A stretch of DNA of 64,000 nucleotides from positions 18,012 to 82,011 of the IMG/VR virus record IMGVR_UViG_3300046321_000098. One strand, 5' to 3'. A program made the translations under genes and the position numbers. This document shows positions 57,768 to 64,000 of the stretch, piece by piece. The notes under the pieces are model-generated. The model saw only the letters and a list, made by a program, of their open reading frames with translations. It was not told where the DNA came from and did no database searches. The stretch is from a virus. How positions within the stretch are numbered: position 1 is the first letter of the stretch; every line of letters begins with the position of its first letter.

Positions 57768-57943
57768 ACTTCCTCCGCTAAATCATTAATTTTACGCAGT
57801 CGGCTATTTGCAAGTTCGAGGTCTCCTCTTAGTGCTTGTATTTCATAAACCGCATAGTTAGCCCAATTAACAAGAGTTCTCAAATCCTCATCGTCATAAT
57901 TGTTGGGGTTTAGTTCCCTATAGGTGGTCAGCAAATCATTCAT
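57764..57943 (-). CDS. Hypothetical protein
   Basis: ELNPNNYD motif. Confidence 0.55.
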   Translation of the reverse strand: MNDLLTTYRELNPNNYDDEDLRTLVNWANYAVYEIQALRGDLELANSRLRKINDLAEEV

Positions 57944-58142
57944 GTTTCTCACCTTCGTTTGAAAAAAGAGCGATACATCCTGTGAAAACGAACAAAATAA
58001 ATTGGGCAGTTGCTTGACTATTAGAAGAAGAGTTAATAAAAGAAACACCTGTAAGTCCAAACAACACAAGGTCAAGAGACATTACCCAGAACACACCTGC
58101 ACAAATCAAGTACCAAAGTTTGTATTTTTTAAAGATGGTCAT
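57936..58142 (-). CDS. Two-TM membrane protein
   Basis: Two hydrophobic segments. Confidence 0.5.
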   Translation of the reverse strand: MTIFKKYKLWYLICAGVFWVMSLDLVLFGLTGVSFINSSSNSQATAQFILFVFTGCIALFSNEGEKHE

Positions 58143-58360
58143 TTCAAAAGACTCTCCACTAATTCTTCTTTTGTTGCAAACATCTCAGCTTCACGTAACC
58201 AAACAGTCCCTAAGTGGTAAGTAGCTCCAACATCACACTCATCGAACACAAAAGACCGTGCATTTGAAATCTGGTCTTTATACACCCTTGCTTGTACTTT
58301 GCCTGATGCTATTTTATCTAAGTGCATAAACCACACTTCTTGTTCTAGTTTGTATTTCAT
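58139..58360 (-). CDS. Hypothetical protein
   Basis: FATKEEL..SL C-terminus. Confidence 0.55.
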   Translation of the reverse strand: MKYKLEQEVWFMHLDKIASGKVQARVYKDQISNARSFVFDECDVGATYHLGTVWLREAEMFATKEELVESLLK

Positions 58361-58587
58361 AATCTCTCCCTTTCCTCATAAATCCGTTGTTCAATCTCTT
58401 GCCACTGCCTAGAGGATAAGTGCCGTAGAAGCTCCAGTGTACCGTTACCTAGTTTAACTTCCTCTAGTTGGACAACGGCTTGCTCAGGTGGCTCTATATC
58501 TGTCGCTGGTACAGAGGGTTCATAGTAGTAAGAACACTCTAATTCGAGATCTAGGAAGCCCCCTAGGGGTATTGTTATCATATTCAT
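58357..58587 (-). CDS. Hypothetical protein
   Basis: Coupled ORF. Confidence 0.55.
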   Translation of the reverse strand: MNMITIPLGGFLDLELECSYYYEPSVPATDIEPPEQAVVQLEEVKLGNGTLELLRHLSSRQWQEIEQRIYEERERL

Positions 58588-59177
58588 AACTGTCCATCCT
58601 GTTTTCCATGACGTTCTGTGTAGGCTGCACCTAATAGCTTTAAATTAGCCATTTCAAGCTCACGCCTAGCAACAGCAGCAGCTAATGCTGCTTCTAGTGT
58701 AAGCCACTCACGGATACCAAAGTAGGCATAACAACGATTACCGTTTATATCACACCAGTAAGCCTCATAACCCCTGATTGCATCATACTTATTACGCATA
58801 GCTTTCACACCAGTAGGTAGGTCAGTATCACGTCTGTTTTGCTTTGACATGTTCTGGTGATTAACTTTGTTAGTCACATCTCTAAGGTTTTCAATCTTGT
58901 TATTAGAAGGATTACCGTCAATGTGGTCTATGTGGTTATCAGGGAACTTACCGTAGGTTACGAACCAGACTAGACGGTGTGATCTGAAGTTGCCCCCGTT
59001 TATCCTGATTTCGATGTAACCATCTTTGGTTAGATAACCAGCCTTACTTCCAGCTCTGACTCTAGATCGAAGAGAAGGTCGCACTCTCCAATAAAACACA
59101 CTCTCTGGTAACCTCAACTCCAGTAATGCTTCCACCTGCTCTAATGTAAGAGCCAATTCTTTTTTACTTGCAACCAC
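58584..59177 (-). CDS. HNH homing endonuclease, paralog of the 36585 ORF
   Basis: SHRLVW, IDHIDGNPSNN; near-identical termini SKKELALT and LGAAYT.RHG. Confidence 0.88.
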   Translation of the reverse strand: MVASKKELALTLEQVEALLELRLPESVFYWRVRPSLRSRVRAGSKAGYLTKDGYIEIRINGGNFRSHRLVWFVTYGKFPDNHIDHIDGNPSNNKIENLRDVTNKVNHQNMSKQNRRDTDLPTGVKAMRNKYDAIRGYEAYWCDINGNRCYAYFGIREWLTLEAALAAAVARRELEMANLKLLGAAYTERHGKQDGQL

Positions 59178-59188
59178 TTCTGTTTCCT

Positions 59189-59500
59189 TTAGTGCAAACT
59201 ATCTTCTACGCGGAAATATAATTCCTCGCCACTATCGAGACTGAATAATCTAAACTCCGTCAAATCCAAAGCAGCAATAATCCGTATAGCAATTTCAAAC
59301 GTACTGTATCTGCCCAACTCTCTTGGTTCACAAGCCGCCCCACTTGGTACAATAACAACAACTTGTTCATTAGACGGTGTAAAGCTGTCCATACTGCCAA
59401 CAGTGAACAATCGTGCAACTTTTTGTTCGCTGGTAAAACGTGATTGGTTAGCTGGCATGTGTGCTTCGTTTAGTGCAGGTTCAGGGTGTAATTGATTCAT
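59189..59500 (-). CDS. Hypothetical protein
   Basis: Promoter-RBS cassette upstream. Confidence 0.55.
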   Translation of the reverse strand: MNQLHPEPALNEAHMPANQSRFTSEQKVARLFTVGSMDSFTPSNEQVVVIVPSGAACEPRELGRYSTFEIAIRIIAALDLTEFRLFSLDSGEELYFRVEDSLH

Positions 59501-59574
59501 AAGATACTCCTTTTGTTAAAAACTTAATTATAGCACTCACCTATTAAAAAGCAAGTGCTGTTACACAATGTTAC

Positions 59575-59889
59575 TTAGGGCGTTAATGCCAACTCATCCA
59601 CCAAGGGTGCATCTGTTTCAGTTTCCTCATCATCGTTCAAAGGCTGAATAGGGCTTAACCAAGAATCAGGTATGTAACCCTCGGTAGCTTTACCATACAT
59701 TGTCTTTATATTACCAGAAACAAGCCAGAAATCATCTGTGTCTATGGCTGCCCAAGCTTCACCGTGGATAATTATCTTATCCCCACGGTTATAGTGCCCT
59801 ACATGCTTAACACAAGTTACAATCTTACCAATGTTCTCTTTTCTTATGGCTTTCCTAATAAAAGCTAAGTCGCCTAGTTTGCATTTCAT
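59575..59889 (-). CDS. Conserved phage hypothetical protein
   Basis: CKLGDLA...N.GKIV...IPDSWLSPI. Confidence 0.6.
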   Translation of the reverse strand: MKCKLGDLAFIRKAIRKENIGKIVTCVKHVGHYNRGDKIIIHGEAWAAIDTDDFWLVSGNIKTMYGKATEGYIPDSWLSPIQPLNDDEETETDAPLVDELALTP

Positions 59890-59985
59890 TTATTACCCCC
59901 TTTTTTTTTCTGCATATAAAACCGAAGTTTAGCACAGATTCGAAGTAAAAACAAGTAATATTTAAGATATTTAGTGGTATTTCAC

Positions 59986-60014
59986 TTGCTTTTTAGGTAA
60001 TTTTGTGTTACAAT
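59986..60014 (+). promoter_or_regulatory. Sigma70-like promoter
   Basis: TTGCTT-17-TACAAT with TG extension. Confidence 0.6.
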
Positions 60015-60059
60015 TATTCTAATACAGAGAATATTAACTGATTCTAAGTTTTAACTTTT

Positions 60060-60359
60060 GAGCAACATCGCTCTACTGTAAAAAGACTCTTCGGTGAGTG
60101 GCTCTGACTAAGCTATGCATGGTTCGTCAACGAGGAATGTCTCGCTGTGTTGACGTAGACAGGGGGGATGGGCGGCTTAGAACGAGCCTCGTAATGCAGT
60201 AGCCTTAATTGGACGATTTCAAAGAACTTAAATGTTTTCTACTTCAATCATATAAGTAGAGGGGGGTTGAGCTGACAGACCATGAGCTACTTAACAACTA
60301 GCATCTGTAACTGCAAGATAGCCTAAATGATATTTATCTTTATTTCTTTATAGTTGCTC
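60060..60359 (+). ncRNA. Large structured RNA of unknown family
   Basis: Nested helices closed by GAGCAAC/GTTGCTC; G-U pairs favour the plus strand; no long ORF. Confidence 0.6.
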
Positions 60360-60433
60360 TTTATTGGGCACAGGGGATGGGGGGAGTATCGTTCAAAGAT
60401 ATAACTACGTCTGTACGATTTAAAAGGTAATTT

Positions 60434-60628
60434 ATGAAAGTTTGTAGCTGTGGTGGTGTAATCACGCCACGAATGGTCAAAGAGGGTACTGTATGGCACT
60501 GCCCTTCGTGCGGGAGATATGAAGTGCTAAGTTATAAGGACGCTCTTAGTACCTTAGATGTAGTTTTCAATACAGGTAAGAACGAAAAAACCCTAAAAGA
60601 GTCTTTAATGGGCTTATCTATATGTTAG
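60434..60628 (+). CDS. Small Zn-ribbon protein
   Basis: CSCG...WHCPSCG. Confidence 0.6.
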   Translation: MKVCSCGGVITPRMVKEGTVWHCPSCGRYEVLSYKDALSTLDVVFNTGKNEKTLKESLMGLSIC

Positions 60629-60741
60629 CCAGTATCCGTCAAATCAATGCAGCCCAAGTAATCATCTTGGGTGCAGTACTAATAATGCTTTCTGCAGTCC
60701 TTATGACCGTCCTTTTAACTCAGTACGCACCTCAGACATAG
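60622..60741 (+). CDS. 39-aa single-TM peptide
   Basis: Translated by hand: VIILGAVLIMLSAVLMTVLL. Confidence 0.4.
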   Translation: MLASIRQINAAQVIILGAVLIMLSAVLMTVLLTQYAPQT

Positions 60742-60818
60742 TGCATGGCTTAGTAGCTATTAAAGCTCCTGTAAACTTGTTTAAACACTCTAATAGACAC
60801 AAGAAAAACCCCTACAGC

Positions 60819-61307
60819 ATGGAAATACAAAGATTAAATGAACTTCTAGTCTACGAGCCATTGACAGGTGAGATATTTACTAGGCTTCCGTTTCGTAAAA
60901 TGTGCCCTGATTCGGAGAACTTTATTGTTGTTTGGGATAAAGTACAACAGAAAAGAACAAAGTTCAAGGTTGATCGCCTTGCATGGCAGCTAGGTAATAA
61001 CAAAAGGCTGAGGAAAAATCAACGAGTTCTGCATAAGAATCTAAACACTGACGACAACAGACTTGTAAACCTAAGCACAGTATCGCTTAGTATTTTCAGT
61101 AAGATAAATGAAGCAGCACGGAATCTCAAAGGAGAACTTAGGGTTCTTCCACATGAAAAAGACCAATATGATTTTTGTGTGCATTATTTTGAGAATAAAC
61201 TTAAAAGAGCAGAAAGATTTAGTGATATTGTGTTTGCTCAAAAGAGGCTACTTGTGCTACAATTGAAGTTCGCTAAGGTTTTGACAAAATATTGTCTATT
61301 TGAATAA
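60819..61307 (+). CDS. Divergent HNH-family protein
   Basis: YEPLTGEIF, RLAW, VLHKNLNTDDNRLVNL. Confidence 0.65.
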   Translation: MEIQRLNELLVYEPLTGEIFTRLPFRKMCPDSENFIVVWDKVQQKRTKFKVDRLAWQLGNNKRLRKNQRVLHKNLNTDDNRLVNLSTVSLSIFSKINEAARNLKGELRVLPHEKDQYDFCVHYFENKLKRAERFSDIVFAQKRLLVLQLKFAKVLTKYCLFE

Positions 61308-61318
61308 AGGAGTGTTAA

Positions 61319-61510
61319 ATGAAAATTAAGAATTTAATTGAGTTGTTGAGTAAGTTAAACCCAGAGGCTGAAATCAAGATAGGAGGATGGAAAGAGCAGA
61401 ATAACATCTCTCGTTACACCTGGGACAGTGAAAGCCTACAGGAGAAACACATTCACTTCTGTCGAGATAAAGATGAGAAGTTAACTGTTCACTTGGAGTT
61501 TGATATATGA
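61319..61510 (+). CDS. Hypothetical protein, tandem paralog
   Basis: LIELLSKLNPEAEI. Confidence 0.55.
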   Translation: MKIKNLIELLSKLNPEAEIKIGGWKEQNNISRYTWDSESLQEKHIHFCRDKDEKLTVHLEFDI

Positions 61511-61695
61511 CAGTTCACGAACTTATAGAGTACCTTTCAGGATGCAAACCTGATGCTGTTGTTTTTATACCCGTTATAAAAAATTACAACGAAATAGAGC
61601 TAAAACCACTAGGGTATGTAGACATTGATACATTCAATGGAAAAACCTATTGTTACCCTTACGAGGCAGATAGATTAGAAATTAACTTAACCTAA
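61507..61695 (+). CDS. Hypothetical protein, tandem paralog
   Basis: LIEYLSGCKPDAVV. Confidence 0.55.
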   Translation: MTVHELIEYLSGCKPDAVVFIPVIKNYNEIELKPLGYVDIDTFNGKTYCYPYEADRLEINLT

Positions 61696-61706
61696 TTGTA
61701 TTTCCC

Positions 61707-61735
61707 TTGACTTTATTGTAACTTTATGATACAAT
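61707..61735 (+). promoter_or_regulatory. Sigma70-like promoter
   Basis: TTGACT-17-TACAAT. Confidence 0.7.
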
Positions 61736-61934
61736 AGATTATCAAGCAAATTTAAACAAGGCGAGTTAAGTAAATGCGGTAAGGACTAATTCCACCGTCT
61801 CTGACTTTAAGTGCAACTTTATATCCTCTGCTTGATAATAATCCGCTTGCAATTTTTACTCTCCTTTTAATTGAACAAGCTGCAGGATTCGGTAACCTGC
61901 CTAAACTATGCTCCCCTTATAATAATAAAAACAA

Positions 61935-62117
61935 ATGGCTAAATGTGAATTTTGCAATACGAACTTCTCCTCTGCTCTACCAGTCTGCACAAGTGCCTGT
62001 AGATTTTGTAGTTTTCCAGAGGCGATACCAGATCAAGCGTTAAAAGAAGAATTTGGAAGCCTCTTTAATCCAACAGGTGTTACTCAGGTTCCAAAATACG
62101 AAGATTTTGAAGAATAG
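61935..62117 (+). CDS. Small Cys-rich protein
   Basis: CEFC...CRFC. Confidence 0.5.
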   Translation: MAKCEFCNTNFSSALPVCTSACRFCSFPEAIPDQALKEEFGSLFNPTGVTQVPKYEDFEE

Positions 62118-62119
62118 TG

Positions 62120-62147
62120 TTGACAATTAGCACGATTGTGCTATAAT
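62120..62147 (+). promoter_or_regulatory. Strong promoter of the tRNA cluster
   Basis: TTGACA-16-TATAAT with TG extension. Confidence 0.75.
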
Positions 62148-62247
62148 TAAGTTTCTCAGCAAAAAGAAGGTAAACAGTTTACTCGTCTTCTAGGATTGTG
62201 TACCACAAGCTGATGACGCTTCGGAAAGACGAAGACTAATTAAATAT

Positions 62248-62322
62248 AGCGGGATAGCTGTTGGTTGCACAGCAAGGCTCATAATCTTGTGTACGGACGT
62301 TCGATTCGTCCTCCCGCTTCCA
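62248..62322 (+). tRNA. tRNA with CAT anticodon (Met or Ile2)
   Basis: AGCGGGA/TCCCGCT-TCCA; CAAGG-CTCATAA-TCTTG. Confidence 0.85.
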
Positions 62323-62325
62323 AAC

Positions 62326-62497
62326 AACCTAAGATACTGAGACTGTTAGGGGTTTCCTGATAGACGCGCACTCAGTTGTAAGTTGTAACCTGTCTTGCCA
62401 GAAGCCATTACGCTTTGGAAGGTTTGACCGAGCTACGTAGAGGTAGCACTAAATAACATGGCTCCCGTCGGTCAGATACATTTAACTGCTTGGGGTT
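62326..62497 (+). ncRNA. Pseudoknotted structured RNA between tRNAs (manA-motif-like)
   Basis: Four helices plus a crossing AGCCAT/ATGGCT pairing. Confidence 0.55.
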
Positions 62498-62506
62498 CTT
62501 TTACAT

Positions 62507-62582
62507 TACTTGGTAGCTCAATTGGCAGAGCACTAGCCTCCAAAGTTAGTGGTTCTAGGTTCAATTCCTAGTCGAGTAGCCA
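62507..62582 (+). tRNA. tRNA-Trp(CCA)
   Basis: TACTTGG/TCGAGTA-GCCA; CTAGC-CTCCAAA-GTTAG. Confidence 0.9.
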
Positions 62583-62598
62583 TCACAAAGGAAACAGG

Positions 62599-63102
62599 AT
62601 GATTATCGAAACTATTATAGGCTGTGTTATTGTCGCAGCAGGTTACTACTTCTACAAAGAGCATAAAAAAGACTCTAAGCAAGAAACACCACTTGCTGCA
62701 CCTATCCCCTTAGCTGGACGATATACAGGCTTATTGACCCCTCCTACAGCTCCTGATGGGTCAATGCTGGCTTGGGCAGCACCTAACGATGAACATGCTC
62801 CTGCTTATACCGCAAAGATTTTAGCGGAGCGCCCTGATTGGCATCTTGCGGGGTATTGCCAAGCTGGTACATGGGACTTTACTGTGCATCCTGATAATAA
62901 GATTACAGGTGCTGCATTACTGTTCAGTGAATACAGTGAACCGATTATGGGGACACCCTCTGTAGACGGTAACGGTAATGTTACTATGGCACTTGCAAGC
63001 CACTGGATTAGCCTTTCGTTTAAGGATGGGAAGGTTACTGGGAAGCTTTGGGAGGGTCACGATGAGCTGAAACGTTCTATTGTGGCTGGTAATAAGGTTT
63101 AA
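62599..63102 (+). CDS. Membrane-anchored hypothetical protein inside the tRNA cluster
   Basis: N-terminal TM followed by a basic stretch. Confidence 0.6.
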   Translation: MIIETIIGCVIVAAGYYFYKEHKKDSKQETPLAAPIPLAGRYTGLLTPPTAPDGSMLAWAAPNDEHAPAYTAKILAERPDWHLAGYCQAGTWDFTVHPDNKITGAALLFSEYSEPIMGTPSVDGNGNVTMALASHWISLSFKDGKVTGKLWEGHDELKRSIVAGNKV

Positions 63103-63111
63103 GAAGAATTA

Positions 63112-63187
63112 GCTCTTGTAACTCAATTGGTAGAGTGCCAACCTTGTAAGTTGGAAGTAATGGGTTCGAAACCTGTCGGGAGCACCA
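63112..63187 (+). tRNA. tRNA-Thr(TGT)
   Basis: GCTCTTG/CGGGAGC-ACCA; CCAAC-CTTGTAA-GTTGG. Confidence 0.92.
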
Positions 63188-63293
63188 AGACCCACCTTAG
63201 GGCATGTTGTGAAGTCGGTAAGCTTAAAACGCTTGGTGTCACACACAGGAAGTAAGCGCCTGTCTAAATAAAGACTTACCTTAATTTTAACAG

Positions 63294-63320
63294 AGTCGCC
63301 TAGGGCGGCTTTTGGCGTTT
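63294..63320 (+). terminator. Terminator after the tRNA cluster
   Basis: AGTCGCC-TAG-GGCGGCT-TTT. Confidence 0.6.
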
Positions 63321-63333
63321 CAAGGATTTAATT

Positions 63334-63705
63334 ATGGCATTTCAAAAAAAAACAGCAGAGGGTGAGTATGACCCAAAGATTAACCTCAACGGCAGACCCA
63401 AAGGTGACGGGAAAAAGTTGACGAATAGGGAAGTGCGCGAGAGGGAGTTTTTGTCGCTCTTGCGCAAGTTAAAGCCCTTAGTTGCTCAGTCGATTTCAAC
63501 GGCTTGTAAGATTATGGGGAATGAAGAAGCCTCACATATGAATCGCTTAAAAGCTGCTACGATTATTTTGAGTGAGTACAAATCGGCTTTAGAGAACACT
63601 TATAATGAGAATTATGATGAGGCTGAAGCAGAAGAGGTGCAGCCAACAGGCAAGGGTGCAGTGTTCAGTTTAAAGATGATTTCCAATAATGACGAAATCA
63701 AATAA
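63334..63705 (+). CDS. Putative terminase small subunit
   Basis: NLNGRPKG N-terminus; directly upstream of TerL. Confidence 0.65.
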   Translation: MAFQKKTAEGEYDPKINLNGRPKGDGKKLTNREVREREFLSLLRKLKPLVAQSISTACKIMGNEEASHMNRLKAATIILSEYKSALENTYNENYDEAEAEEVQPTGKGAVFSLKMISNNDEIK

Positions 63706-63727
63706 GAATAATAAATAAAGGATTTAA

Positions 63728-64000
63728 ATGTCAGGTGAACTTGTATTTGCTCCTGCATCAAGGGCACAGGAACAGTACCTCCAGAGTGATGCGGATATAA
63801 CTTTTACGGGGGCGCTGCAGGGGCAGGTAAGTCCTTTTGCCTTCTTGGTTCATTCCTAAAGTTCTGTCACCACCCTCGAACAAGGGGTGTGATATTCCGT
63901 AAGACAACAAAACAACTTAGTAACAGTGGCGGTCTTTTTGATGCAGCTATCCAACTATATAAAAAAGTTGACCCAAATTTAAAGATTAGAAACCGTGACT
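63728..64000 (+). CDS. Terminase large subunit, 5' part (frameshift at 63802-63805; runs off the window)
   Basis: FAPASRAQ adenine-binding motif, then YGGAAGAGKS Walker A and IFRKT in the -1 frame. Confidence 0.85.

Noticed and set aside
1-64000. Integrase/repressor lysogeny module, reverse transcriptase or DGR
   Set aside because: No recombinase, CI-like or RT motifs were found in any translated ORF.

Overview
A 64-kb segment of a lytic tailed dsDNA phage genome (siphovirus-like, T5/rV5-style organisation). The host is Gram-negative, as shown by the Rz/Rz1 spanins and lipoproteins. Gene order: tail module (tape measure, CBM-repeat tail protein, fibre); lysis (holins, SAR-type lysozyme, nested spanins); replication and nucleotide metabolism (primase-helicase, intein-containing family A polymerase, exonucleases, Endo VII, ThyX, NrdB/NrdA, dCMP deaminase, several HNH endonucleases); many small accessory ORFs; an AT-rich putative genome-end/early region (~43.1-50 kb); a candidate origin next to a helicase-like gene; a leftward operon (MTase, ClpP-like, PhoH); and a tRNA/ncRNA-rich region ending in the terminase genes. 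The most unusual signals are non-coding: a tRNA-Leu-like gene with a ~43-nt structured insertion in the anticodon loop, a ~300-nt pseudoknotted RNA at 60.06-60.36 kb, a ~480-nt structured leader ending in a terminator just upstream of phoH, structured RNAs between the tRNAs, an array of four promoter-like units with broken -10 boxes, a genome-wide TTACA-N5-TTACA motif beside promoters, and GNA-triloop DNA hairpins plus DnaA boxes at the candidate origin. Several genes carry frameshifts or deletions. One is in the essential terminase gene, so some of these are probably sequencing errors. All calls come from motif reading by eye; no searches were run.
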